Positions 28,919-42,523 of a stretch of 64,000 nucleotides of DNA are shown here, in pieces. Both the position numbers and the translations under genes were made by a program. The notes under the pieces were generated by a model. It was not told the DNA's origin. It worked only from the letters and a program-made list of their open reading frames with translations, and searched no databases. Location: NCBI RefSeq assembly GCF_009914755.1, contig NC_060932.1; one strand, 5' to 3'. Source of the DNA: the human T2T-CHM13v2.0 reference genome, Homo sapiens. The first letter of the stretch is position 1. Each line of letters begins with the position of its first letter.

Positions 28919-29313
28919 TATTATTTTGAATATCACTTAAGGTATCCTGGATTTTTTCAGGGAACTTATTTTTCAGACAATAAGAGCACATAATGTAGCC
29001 TATTATTCTAGTTTTGAATTTACATACCATGGCTCAGACGTACTAATATCAGTTCAATCTTTCTTTCTCCTTTCTACTATCCCTTTCCCTCTTAAATATT
29101 TTTTATACCAGTGGTCTAAGAAATTCTTTTGCATTAATCAGAAGTTTAGTTAAGAATAAAGAGAGGTAGAACGACCTTCATTGGGTTTCAAAACCAGTTA
29201 AACTCTGATCTTAAAAAGAGAGAAAGGTAAATAAGAAATAATTCAATTACGTCTGTTCTGACAAAGCCCAGTTTCAAGGAAGTGATTATCTCCAATTCAG
29301 GCAGCTTCTATAA

Positions 29314-29630
29314 CAGAGGTCAGCAAACTACCACCAGCCTGTGGGCTAAATCTTGTTTTTGTATGAGCTAAGAATGAATTTACATTTTTTTAATGGTTAA
29401 AAACATTTTAAATATTTTGTGACACATGATAATTCCATGAAATTCAAATTTCAGTGTCTATAAGCAATGTTTTATCGGAGCAAAGTCATATTCAAGTTTG
29501 TTTACACAGTGTCTGTGGCTGCTTTTGCACTACAATGGTGGATTTGAATGGCTGTGACAGAGACTATATGGCCTGCAAAGCCTAAAATACTTACATTTGG
29601 TCCTCACAAAAAAAGGCCTGCCCACCTATG
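29314..29630. mobile_element. MER58-like hAT-Charlie MITE with perfect 8-bp TSD
   Basis: cagaggtcagcaaact..atggcctgcaaagcctaaaatactta..; ttctataa at 29306-29313 and 29631-29638. Confidence 0.88.
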
Positions 29631-29819
29631 TTCTATAACAATGTCACTCTGCTAGGAGAGTATTTGAAACACACAGCTTCAGCGAGATTTTCAAGATAAG
29701 AACAACAAAGGAGAAAGCTTATTTTTATCCAATCACCTGAGACTTCAAAATGCCCCTATGGAGAAAATCCTTGATGGATACAGATTAGTACACCTGCGAG
29801 AAGATGTGATAAAACTTAC

Positions 29820-31089
29820 CTGGTCACCAGGCTCAAAGCTCATCTCCTCCTTCTCAGTTTTCATTGCTATTAATTTTGTGTTACTGGCAGGATCTGTCTT
29901 ACTGTCCAGTCTCTCAAGTTTGGGGGTTATTTCTGGTAAACCAATATCTTTAGTATCATCTTTATCTAGCAAATAGCGAAGTAGTGCATTCTCTTTCTTC
30001 TTGGGGCTCACCGGCTCTTGTTTAATAGTCACTTCTGATCCAGGAGCTGTGCTGCTGGACTCCTGGCTCAGGTCTTTGCCTGTGGCTTCTGCTGTTAACT
30101 TGGCCAAGTCCACAGGGGAACTGCTGTCCTGCAAGAGTCTGTGCAAAATTTTATGCTTCTCCTTGAGCGAGGTTCCATGTGTAGACCCAGAACCAGGCAA
30201 GCTACCTGTGGAGTCTTTGTTTGTATCCGACAAAGAGCTGGCTAAGGGCGAGGGCTCCATCTGATCAGATTTGGTGGTCAGCAGCTGCAGGAGTTTGGTC
30301 TGCCCTTTGCTGTCATGCAGTCTGCTCTGCCCGTCAGCTCTCTCACTGCTCACGGCCGGGGGCAGGTTGGGGTCATTTGTTTCCTTTTGCTCTCCAGGAT
30401 GGCAGCTGCTCTCTGCTTGTCCAGTTGTACCTTCAGAGGGCTCCCCATATAGTCCAAAACAGTCTTTTGAGTCCAAGCTTCCCATCTTGCTGAGTGGGGG
30501 AGGATTCATATTAACTGGGGAGTTTTGCAAATTGCCCATTTTTAGGTCTGGTGAAGCCAACGATGACCCTAATGAGACCCCGTGCCCCTCGCTGAGGGCC
30601 TGAAGTGCATTGAGGGAGCTGTTGGTATAACTATGGCTATTTCCTGTGCTGCTGCAAACTCCCACAGGGGAATGCAAGCTTCCTGCAGGGGAAAACTGAC
30701 TGGGTGGGATTCGAGGGCTGCCAGCCACTCCAGGGCTCATGCGATGCCTTGGTGAAAGCATGGAGGTGGGCTGTCCTGGATTCATGCCAGGGCTGCTTTG
30801 TGAGGGGCTGTTCATTTTGAGTGCATAGTTACTACCCTGAGGAGTGGTTGCTTGCATGCCTGACACATGGTTCATTCCCCCAGAACCACCAAACCTGCCC
30901 ATGGGCATGCCCATTTGTTCCTTTGGGCCATTTATGGGAAAATTTATATTGCTACTGAGGGTCATGTCCTGACCTGGGTTCCCACTGCACAGGGCCTGAT
31001 GGGCAGGGCTGTTAGAGCTAATTGGATTCAGTGGCTTCCCCATCGTTTGTCCAGTCAGATCCGGATTCATCACACACACATTCTGCTCT
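29820..31089 (-). CDS. NCOA2: NCOA2 exon 11 (1270 nt): S/T-rich region and receptor-interaction domain with three LxxLL NR boxes
   Basis: Acceptor tatacag|AGAGCA, donor CAG|gtaagt; LLQLL 30279-30293, LHRLL 30132-30146, LRYLL 29967-29981; ORF 29745..31142. Confidence 0.98.
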
Positions 31090-32394
31090 CTGTATAACGA
31101 GAAAAGAAAAAAATGTAAGATAAAAGGAAAAATACTTAGCAAGTTGTTATTAATTTTTAAAAATGATATGGCCTCTTCACCTTAAAAGAACAGGCTACAT
31201 TTTAAGGATAGATAATACTTTGTTGAAATCATCTGCAATTATTGACAAGACTGAACATGTACAGTGTTGGACCAAGAGGGATGTTTTTCAGGCAACTCAT
31301 TAAGATGTCTGGTTTTACAGAGGGGGTGTGTTTAAATTTGACTACTACTGTATTTAAATTGCATTTACTAGACAAGACATTAACAGGGTTCCAATTACAT
31401 AATACATCTTTCTCATGAGTAGTTGAGAGCTTGTACTGTCTTAAAGAAATGAGTAGAGCTGTCTTCAGTTTTTTTTCCAGAGATTATAATTCCTAACAAT
31501 AGACACATCTGTAAGCCCAGAGCTCTGATATTTACTACTTGGCTCAAGATAAACACGCTTAGGGGAAAACAACTTGCCCCTAACTGTTAAAAGAGAAACT
31601 CTGCCAGTTCTAGAACTAATAGTTACTAAAACTGTTTAGAATTAGATCACCTTGTTTAACAGATTTCCACTCATCTCCTCACCCCACACCCCTCCAAGTC
31701 AGAGCAAGACCTCAGAGCCAACAGCATGGGAAGGGAAGTTCAGAGTGACTTTAGTTTGGGATCTTATTCTTCTACTTCTGGATAACTCCATTCCATCTCC
31801 TTACTAATGACTAAAAGCAGGCTTTCTGAGCAAGATGATTTTGCAAGTTCTATGAGCTTTAATTTACAGCCTTGGCAGTCACTTTTGAGTTACCAAATGT
31901 GTTCACAAATCCAAATAAAACAGGTTTCACAAATTGTCAAACATCAGCTTTTCGTTAGGTGGGTGAAATTTGCCACATCTGTAATCACTTTCAAATTGTT
32001 TCAGTTTGAGGTTAGATTTATTAACAGTTGGCAAACAGAGTTGCCTGATTTTTTTACTCCTAAACAGTGAATTGAGAAATGTGATAAAATGGAACTCCTC
32101 AGCCAGAGCAACGTTATATATTTACTGATAGGACCTCATATAGTTTTCCACAGCATAAGCATAAATATTTAGATAACTAATGAAATTTAATCATTTTCCT
32201 AAATATGTGCTCTAAGACAATATGGCTTATGACATTTATTTAAAAATCAATATTCAATTTCTTTATCTTCACTTTTTTATGAAAATGTTTATTACCCTTC
32301 AATTTAAGGTCTAATGTTGAGAAGTTAATTTGAACCAGAGAACAAAAATCTAAAATATTATTTGTAAATATATACATAGAAAGTTCTAGATTTA

Positions 32395-32711
<317 letters not shown>

Positions 32712-32848
32712 CTACTGGGAGCTGATCAATAAATTTCCCTTTTTCAATGTAATGGGCAATCATGTCTAAGCAAACTTAGTGCCAACTGGGTTTTACAATT
32801 CACTAGTGTTAAGGCTAAAATTCAAAGTAGAGTCCTACTTTGCCAGTA

Positions 32849-33069
32849 CAGTTGTTCTTTGGTTATATGGGGGACTGGTTCTAGCCTCCACCCTGCCCCC
32901 ACGCTGCAGATACTAAAATCCATGGATGCTCAAGTCCCTGAAATTAATAGCATAATTTTTGCATATAACCTACACACATCCTCCTATATACTTTAAATCA
33001 TTTCTAGAAATAATTTCTTATACCTGATACAGTGTAAATATAGTTATAATACAAATAATACAGTATAAC

Positions 33070-33130
<61 letters not shown>

Positions 33131-33210
33131 TTTTTTTTCCCCCAAATATTTTCCATCTGTGGTTGGTTGACTCCTGGGATGCAGAAGCCATGGATACAGA
33201 GGGCCAATTA
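32849..33210. mobile_element. MER2-like TcMar-Tigger element containing a (TA)n tract
   Basis: TA-flanked; aaaatccatggatgctcaagtccct..tttgcatataacctacacacatcctcc..ccatggatacagagggcc. Confidence 0.85.
33072..33130. repeat. (TA)n microsatellite
   Basis: About 23 uninterrupted TA units, one G, then 5 more. Confidence 0.95.
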
Positions 33211-33387
33211 TATTATGAATTGTCTTTTAGCCAACAGCTAATAACAATTTAATTTTATATTTTACATTACTGGGATTGATGAGAAGAAATGTCTAACAAA
33301 TCCTCAAAGCTCTAAAATAATTTGCTGCTTTTGTAATATCTCTTCTTAACTTGGAAATGGAAAATGACTTCTTAGAACTAGGATTAC

Positions 33388-33535
33388 CTGTGAAGCATAT
33401 GTAAAGATATTACAAGTTGAGGTTCATTAGTAGTCTGAGAACGGATGAGTTTGCTCTTCGTTTGTGCAGCAACAAGAGTGCCATCAGACAAGGAAAAACG
33501 ATAGATTTGACTGAATGCCAATCCTTGTCTCAGTA
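33388..33535 (-). CDS. NCOA2: NCOA2 exon 10 (148 nt), PAS-B: [13 protein letters not shown]...VISLHMLH
   Basis: Acceptor cctgcag|TACTGA, donor ACAG|gtaatc; read manually. Confidence 0.96.
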
Positions 33536-34534
33536 CTGCAGGCAAGCAAGGAAACAGAAGGCACGTTTAGAAAAAAAAATTGAGGGGTCGGGGAGGACAA
33601 GACATAATAAGAGTAATCAACTTCATTAAGTTTCATAATAGTTTCCCACCAGCATGTAAAGAGTTATAAGTAATACTTTATGAGATTGAAACATAACATT
33701 TTAAAAGCACATTTACTTTTCACTGAAAATACCAATAACCTCAATTATCTGTTTTCCTTATGAAAAGGAGTAAGAGCCTGGACCCTCAAACTGTGTTCTT
33801 AAAATCTTTATTATTATGGCAAAACAGTGTAAACCATTTAACTGCTCAAACAAGCTTTATAATGATTTGCTTAAAATGGTAGAAAACAACACAATGTATA
33901 AACAGGGTATCTCTTACGTATACAATATGACTTTAATTTCCTTGTAAAACTAATACAAATATGAAAATAAAATTTATGACATTTAATATGTTCTCTGAAT
34001 ATTCATCTAGAAATTACGTACTGTTCAATCCATCATCTCACACACTACTCTCCCCCAGTCCTGTTTCTCACTGTGTAAGAAGTATTATTTATGTGGTTAG
34101 GACAACAGGAAGTAAAAGATAAACAATCAGAAGAATCTATTCAGAGAAAAAAAGGCTAAACAAAACTGAAACAATAAAAGTGCAAATCTTAGCAACACTG
34201 GAATTGGTTTAACTTTTAGATAAGGGATCAGGTGTTTCCATTTTCAAGACAATAACAAAATAGAACACAAATCAACTAGGTTAATATAATTTCTCTTAAA
34301 AGAATTGAGATTTATCTTTTAAAGCTACTATGTTTTATAACTGTCTTATATCACCTATTAAAAAAGAACATTTCAATTCAGTTAAAAAAAAAGACATAGA
34401 ATTTAGTTCCTCTTAAACCATTTTAACAAGGCTACTATGTTGCTACCACATAATCCTCAGCACAAATTTTGTGGGTTGAATAGTTACCCCTAAAGCAACC
34501 ATGTGTATTCACCATGCCACAAAACTGCCACAAG

Positions 34535-34535
<1 letters not shown>

Positions 34536-34591
<56 letters not shown>

Positions 34592-34601
34592 GAGAGAGAG
34601 A
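34536..34601. repeat. (GA)n microsatellite
   Basis: About 33 units with two interruptions. Confidence 0.95.
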
Positions 34602-35934
34602 CTGACATATAATGTGGATTCTAATTTCTTCGTAAAATTTCACTTTAAGCAATTTGTCTAATGACTCCTCTCTGCAGTTTCAGTTAGATACTACATTTAG
34701 GTTTCACTTTCTGCCATCAACTGTTGCACAATGTTAGTCTGAAGTGGAAGTACTGAAAATGAATTACTGAACATGTGAGTATCTTGCTTTGCACAAAGTG
34801 TCTAAAAGATGACATAAATGTAATTTTTTATAGTAAGACTTATATTTCCAATGGCTTATAATTTCAGAATTTTACCTGACCTTGGCTGTGATCCCTAAAG
34901 ATTTTCATTTCCTCTTGGTCTACATCCAACACCTCTGAAAAGTAGGTATCTGTGAGCACGCACCTGAACACATTTAGGAAGTGCCTCCATTTAAACAACG
35001 CTTTGCAGTAGATTTCTGTTCAATGTAACTGATCATTCCTGATCTTACCTATTTCAAAAGTTTGAAATGTCTATACGGGGTTTCCTTCCAGTGGGTCCCA
35101 TCTGTTTAAATCTAGTGCAGTGCCTGATCCATCTGTGTAAATCCTTTTGTAAGGAATCAGGTTGTCAAAGAATTAAACTCAGGACCCAAGGATGCTGAAC
35201 ATGTTTGCTTATGCCAGTTTCTTAGTTTTTGTTATTACTATTCTTCCTATTTTAAACCAGATGTAATGAAATAGTAGGTTAAATATTGATTTCTGTCAAT
35301 GTAGCATCATTATTTCCTTGTATTCTTTCAAACTTAAAGAAAAATGACGGAAGACACAAGTTGTTGGATTATGCACTTATTTCTAAAAAATAGGATGAAT
35401 AGGATGAAAAGAATGAATAAGATGAGGGGAAAAAAAGGGCATGGGAGAAACAGGTCATTTATTAAGATTTTTGCTTTTTTATAAGTGATCTAAAAAGTAT
35501 AAAGTTTAAACATACCAACACTATTGGTAAAGTGCCAGATGCACATTAGGTGGATGATGACAAACTGAAACTCCATTTTCAATAACTAGCTACAAATTTT
35601 TTTCTGCAAGGATGCAGACAACTGTTGAAGCTGAGTTACAAGCTGCACTGCACTGCATGAGTCCCTCACGTGCAGCATGGCGCAGCTGACAGTGCATGTG
35701 GAGCCCTGGCCAACCGCACTGCTGGGACACAGAGAGAAGGACAGTCTCCCTCCCCAAATTAGCACATACTAAAGCAAAAGAATTTTTTTTTTTTTTGGTT
35801 CCTACCTCTTTAACAGAAAACAACAATGCACTTGAGAAAAAGTGATTCTTTGGGAAGACCTTCGGAAGCAGCATGACAGTGACCAAAATGAGCTCAGATG
35901 GACGTCCTGCACTGACACTGAATGCTAGAGAGTC

Positions 35935-36090
35935 AGTCATTTCACTTGCCTGAACCTCCTCGTCCCCTTGTCCAGAGTGAGAGACGTGATGTTCACATCA
36001 CAGGCTTGCTGTGAGGGCCAGTGAGAGGAGGCAAAAGGGATAATGCCACACAAAGACCAGGTGCTCAATAAGGGCTGCTGTTATTACTGA
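35935..36090. mobile_element. MIR remnant
   Basis: agtcatttcacttgcctgaacctc..cacaggcttgctgtgagg..ggtgctcaataagggctgctgttatta. Confidence 0.6.
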
Positions 36091-36609
36091 AGTCTTGGGC
36101 TCAGTTCCAGCTGTCCTATTGCTTAAGTCTGTGAGCTGAGACAAGTCGTGTCAACTTTTGGGCCCTCTAGAAACACCTGGATAGTCTTTGTTGGTTACCA
36201 CCTTGAAGAAGGGCTTGGGGTCCCACTATTACCTTCACCAGGGGTTCACTCACTCTCCAAAATTCCACTTACTCTTATATTCAGATTCTAACTGAATCGT
36301 TAATATTTCTTTTCATTAGATGGTACTTATAATCTTGTCACATATCTAGAAGCCCCTGGATCAAAGAAAATGACCTCTTCCTCCTTTTGCCTGCCTCTGT
36401 GACACTATCATCTCCTGTTCTACTTTCATCACTCTTCTGTCCTACAGGTTCTCCTGTTAAATTTTCCTTTAGATGGCAACACTGGGGCCAGATGAGACAG
36501 CTCACGAGAACAGTCACCAGCTCTGTTCCCAAGGTGAACTCCAGGAATCATTGACAGAAAGCTCCCACAGGAAGCAATAATTTAAGAAAAATCATTTAGA
36601 GATGCTTAC

Positions 36610-36753
36610 CTTCATGATGATGCCTCTTAGCATAGGACACAGATTCTCCTTCATGCTGCGCATGGAACTTCTGAATACACCTTCTTACCAGGTCCTCCCA
36701 GCCTGGTTTCATGGCTGCTCTCATGGTGCTGGTATCCAGAGACGTGATCTTGC
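36610..36753 (-). CDS. NCOA2: NCOA2 exon 9 (144 nt), PAS-B: KITSLDTS...KRHHHE
   Basis: Acceptor ttaatag|GCAAGA, donor GAAG|gtaagc; ORF 36596..36850. Confidence 0.96.
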
Positions 36754-36764
36754 CTATTAAGTAA

Positions 36765-37133
<369 letters not shown>

Positions 37134-37367
37134 TAACAAGATTTAAATGTATTTATTTAAACTAGGTAACATAAGTACATGGAACAAAAGGGTATACAGT
37201 GAGAGCCAGTGGCTCTCTCTCCGGTCCTCCAACTCCTTGACATTTCTACTGCAGCAGCAATTGCTAGTACTAGCATCCTTACAGTCTTCTAAATAGAGTC
37301 CTTGCATTCCCAAATATGTAAGTATTCTAAAATGATTCCTTTGGTCTTCTTTGGAGAGGAAATTTAC

Positions 37368-37469
37368 CTTGGAGATCCTGGCGAGTAGTAAAACTTTCTG
37401 ATGAGGGAAGAACTGGTCTTTCCTTCATGGGAACTCTTCTTGCCACGCAAATCAAGCAGGACTGCAAAT
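37368..37469 (-). CDS. NCOA2: NCOA2 exon 8 (102 nt) [11 protein letters not shown]...FTTRQDLQ
   Basis: Acceptor gtttaag|ATTTGC, donor CAAG|gtaaat; read manually. Confidence 0.96.
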
Positions 37470-38375
37470 CTTAAACCACACATGTTTACATTTATCATAT
37501 TGGGCTTTTCTAGTGATTCAAACAAACCCAAGTGTATTTATGACAGCACAGCCTGTCATTAAAAAAGCAGTAAGGGAGACAGTGATGAAACACTATGTAC
37601 CTGAGCTTCCTACTGGTTTTATTCTCTTCATGAAAGTGGTAGGTGGGTAAGGGAGACGGAGGGTGGCTGTGTAAGGAGAGCTGGGGAGCAAAGGATAAAC
37701 TGCCAAGTCCCCGCGATACATGTGATGGAAATACATCGACTACACTAAAACGTTAATAATCTGAAACCCTCTCTCCAGCAGTAGAAAAAAAAATGAAATC
37801 CTTTCTTTTTAAATGGCTGATAGAAAACCAGGTTAATTTGTAATGAAGTACAAAAATGATGAAACTAAAATATGATACTCTTGTTTTGTCAAGGGTTTGC
37901 TTCTTGAGTTTTAGGGTTCAGGAAAACTAGGTACACCTTATGCCAAACTAAGTAAATACTACAATGGCAACATGCAATTTAAAGCAAAGAATATAAACTG
38001 GGTCTAGACGCAGATTCAGAGAACGACTCCCACAATACCTAGAAAATGCAGCGTGCACCAGAACAGCTGCATTATAGTTCAGAATCTTGGCTGTGGACGG
38101 TTTCTCACACAGCCAATTCTAATCACTTAATCCTCACCTTGCTTCAACTGTCTTATGCGTCAGGGTTCATTTCTGGAGGAAAGGGAAAAGTTTTATTTAT
38201 CTTTGTAACATGCAGAGTACTCTGCACAGCCCTTTCCATTTAAAAAACACTGGACAAATGCTGTTGTCAAAAAACTTAAGTAATCCCTTCATGTCTTCTT
38301 ATATCACTGATTTCTGATTGTTTACCTCTAAATTTGAGAATTTCTTGAATTTGACAAAGAGTTTATTATTTTTCT

Positions 38376-38642
38376 TTGCTCCTGCTGCTACCCTATCTAA
38401 AATATCAGGCTGCCTCAATTTCATCCTCCACAGGTATTCATGCTGTAAGGCGGAGGTCCTCTACAATCAGTACTTCACTAACTACTATAGGACCCCACAC
38501 TGCCTCCTTGGACAGATTTTTCTTTCTCAACTTTTACAGAAATTTTAGGATATAGTTTTTAACTTGGCTGTTCCTGAATTGCTCTACTGTAGTCTTTTAA
38601 AACTGTTTCATGTATTATTTCTTCAACAAGACTGAAATATCC
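38376..38642 (+). repeat. Copy A of a ~265-bp local direct duplication
   Basis: Colinear with 41293-41554. Confidence 0.9.
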
Positions 38643-38679
38643 AGTAATAGCTGGTATCACAAAACTAAAATGCAATTAT

Positions 38680-38940
38680 AGTCCTCAAGAAAATAACAAC
38701 TAAATTTTTGGGCACTACGAGATAAACACCTTTCTAGCTACTGTATGAGTTATTAACTCATTTAATCCTCTTAACAGCTCTATGACACACGTAGTAGCAT
38801 TATTTCCATTTTACAGACAAAAAGATCAAAGCACAAAGTTTAAGTAACTTGTCCAATGTCACACAAACCTTCGGCAAAGCCAGGATTAGAATCTGAGCAT
38901 GCCATGGCTCAGAAACCCTGTGCTTATGCTATACTGTGTT
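38680..38940. mobile_element. MIR element
   Basis: aactcatttaatcctcttaacagctctatga..ccattttacagac..gttaagtaacttgtccaatgtcacaca. Confidence 0.8.
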
Positions 38941-39721
38941 AACTTAACATAGAACATACTTTTAAATGTACAAAAAATGTTTATAAAGCACAAAGTAATA
39001 AATTAGCTCAGCTATTCCTTTTTTATACTGCCTTGGAATATTATCAGATGGATAAATTAGCAGCACTTACTCCGCTGCATAAAACAAAATAAAATCATTT
39101 GACCTAGGCAAAAAACTTAATTTTGAAATACTATGTGTTTATTATCTCTAACAGCTCTAATATTTCCTTCTCAATAAAATTTAAATTTTAAAATAAGCAT
39201 TAAATAACTAGCATTCAATGCCAACCACAGTTCAGCATATTCATTTAAACCTTATTACATTCTGATACTGGTATTGGTGACTTCACTTGATAATAAACTG
39301 TTGCTCAGAAAGGCCAAGGATTCTGTCCAAAGTCCCAGAGCTGGGAGCAGCTGAATTAGGAGTTGGCCTGTCTGATTATGTAGCCGGGGATGTTTTCAGT
39401 CACAAGTGGTCCTCAGCTCTTTCCCTTCTGCTCCCCACGCACAATGCACTCTTCAACACTGCCTTGTATTAGAGTGACACTCAGCTGTGTGGACGGCTTG
39501 CCTAGTGGGCTCAGGAAGTGAATGCTACATCAGCACATCTTTATGGCAAACAGCCTAATAAGCTTAGAGTCTAAAACCCCCTCCATTCCCCACTCCTGTC
39601 TCTATCCTCTCTTTAGTACCATTGTATTTTATCAATTCTGGGCCCAGCATCCATGGATAGGCTACATGGATTCCATTAACCCCTTGAAAGTATATTTAAA
39701 AGGTTGTTTTAACTGTGTGCA

Positions 39722-40022
39722 TTTTTCTTTTTTCTTTTCTGAGATGGAGTCTCACTCTGTCGCCCAGGCTGGAGTGCAATGGCGTGATCTTGGCTAACTG
39801 CAACCTCCGCCTCTCAGGTTCAAGTGATTCTCCTGCCTCAGCCTCCTGAGTAGCTGGGACTACAGGCACATGCCAGCCACCACGCCCGGCTACTTTTTGT
39901 ACTTTTAGTAGAGACAGGGTTTCACCATGTTGGCCAGGATGGTCTCGATCTCCTGATCTCGTGATCCACCCGCCTCAGTCTCCCAAAGTGCTGGGATTAC
40001 AGGCGTGAGCCACCGTGCCAGG
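39722..40022 (-). mobile_element. Alu (AluSc-like)
   Basis: ggatggtctcgatctcctgatctcgtgatcc diagnostic stretch. Confidence 0.93.
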
Positions 40023-40109
40023 AAAACTGTGCATTTTTCTAGGGCTGTGGCTCACAGCTTGCACTAGATGTTCAAAGAGCCTAGGATCCCTCAAAAGTGT
40101 GCTCACTAA

Positions 40110-40306
40110 TACAGTTATACTAGTACAGTAGCCGCTAACTGCATGTGGCTATTCAAACGTAAATTTAATAAAAATTAAAACTCCCGCCCCCTAGCTGCAC
40201 TACTGACATTTCAAGGCTCACCAGCCACACATGGCTAGTGGCTGCCACACCAGACAGTGAAGATATGTCACTTCCACCATTGCAGATAATTCTGTTGGAC
40301 AGTGCT
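40110..40306. mobile_element. MER3-like hAT-Charlie MITE
   Basis: catgtggctatt..gccacacatggctagtggctgcc..ttctgttggacagtgctg. Confidence 0.7.
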
Positions 40307-40468
40307 GTTCTGAAGACTTAAAAATTTCCATCACAAAACAGTAAAATTGAAAAGAACAAAGATACTGCCTCCTCACTTTTCTTTGGGTGACCACTAATTA
40401 AAGTGTGAAGGAAGTAGCACAGGAATAAATACACAGACACACAGAACACCCTAGGGATTCTGTCCCAC

Positions 40469-40657
40469 CTTCTCCTTCTTCTTTGATGGACTTTGGTTGA
40501 GAGACAGCGAAGCACTGCATAGTTTCATATTTCTGATGAGCTTCCTGGTTATCATGACCCTCCTCTTCTGAATCAGGTAAAGGTTTTACCAGCATCCGAC
40601 AATTGAAGGTATGGCTGTTCCGCCTCGGAGGTTCGCCAGACCAAGATCCCCCATTTA
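40469..40657 (-). CDS. NCOA2: NCOA2 exon 7 (189 nt) [22 protein letters not shown]...IKEEGE
   Basis: Acceptor tgctcag|TAAATG, donor GAAG|gtggga; ORF 40398..40697. Confidence 0.97.
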
Positions 40658-41292
40658 CTGAGCAAGGCAAAAGTAATCCAGTTTTACAAAGAAACAAACA
40701 TCAGATTCATTGCCTCTGAATTATTAAAATGATGTAGGAAAAATATGATTATTTCATCTTTATGTACTACTTTTATACTTGTCTAAATACTTTCATAATC
40801 TAGAGGAGGAAAAATCTTTACCATTTTTACAACTTGGGAATATCTTGGGATTTTCTTTTTTCCAATTTTTTTTTCTTTTATTATACTTCAAGTTCTGGAA
40901 TACATGTGGAATCTTGGGATTTTCAAAACATTTTCTACACTACTTCTTTACCCTGACTCCTTCCCTTCAAGTCCAGTCCTGGATTATTTGTTACTAGAAT
41001 ACTATAGTTTTCTACTTTTGCGTCTTCCTAACTGATTTCTTAGAAATTTAGTTCAATCTACTTGCATTCTAATTTTAGATAAGTCAGCCCTGCTCAAAAT
41101 TCTGTGAGTGGCACCAAATGTAGTGCACGTTAAATTCTTTCAGAGGATTTAGACTTGATGTAGTCTGGAGGATGAAGTCCATTAACACAGACTCTCACTA
41201 ACCAGCTCCATTGCATCCATCTAACGGGATCTTCCACATTCCCCTGCACAAGCCTCCCCATGCTCCACCATACCGGGCCCGCATGGATGTCC

Positions 41293-41554
41293 TTGCTCCT
41301 GCTGCCACCCTATCTGACATATCAGGTTGCCTCAGTTTCTCTCTCCATAGGTACTCATGCTCTAAGGCTGAGGTCCTCTACAATCAATACTTTACTAACT
41401 ACTCCCCCATACTGCCTCCTTGGGCAGATTTTTCTTTTCTCAAATTTTACAGAAACTTTAGTATATAGTTTATAACTTTGTTTTTCCTAAGTTGTTCAGT
41501 GGTAGTCTTTTTAAATTGTTTCATGTACATTTCTTCAATAAGACTGAAAAATCC
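41293..41554 (+). repeat. Copy B of the ~265-bp local direct duplication
   Basis: Colinear with 38376-38642. Confidence 0.9.
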
Positions 41555-42217
41555 TTGAAAATACAGTGCAAATGTCATTTCTTTTCAAGTTAACTACTTC
41601 AGACATCTATTTGAGTATTAAAACTAAAAAAAGTATATATTTAAGAATGAGACAATGAAAGAGAGGAAAGACAACAATTATTTTTGAAATGCATTAGAGA
41701 TAACAATGAAAGAAATAAAACAATGACTGATTTTGAGAATTAAAGGGTGTTTATGGATTTTACCAGGTTAACTTCCTCATTTGACACATAAAAAAAATCT
41801 GATGTCCAAAGACATGTTCAACTACTAGAAAAGTTGGAATCAGAATCAATCCTAATTCTCATTTTGGTGTTCTTTTCTATATCATTCCTTATGCTTTATC
41901 TAAAATATACTGGGGACAGTAGGACAATAGAACAGGAGATCAAAAAAAGGGTGAGTCATAAGAAAACTAATATATTCTCCAGTCATCAGCTAAAGAAAAT
42001 GGAGAAGGACATGTAGGTGTTACAGCGAATCCAATGGCCCATGAATGGCCCAGTGAACCCAAAGAGCCCATGGCCACTGGGCTGTAGAATGAGAAAGGAA
42101 ACAAACCCTCGAAAGGAAAAAGTTAGCTGTAAGAAATTATTTGAAAATTACAGAAAAACCCATAACTAGCTTTTTATGTTTTTGCAGACATTTGGGAAGT
42201 TTATTTCAGCATCAGCA

Positions 42218-42523
<306 letters not shown>

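Noticed and set aside
29758-31097. Plus-strand ORFs overlapping exon 11 (also 222..572, 5644..5847, 15058..15280, 22073..22279)
   Set aside because: Antisense shadows of stop-poor, GC-richer coding exons; no independent gene signals.
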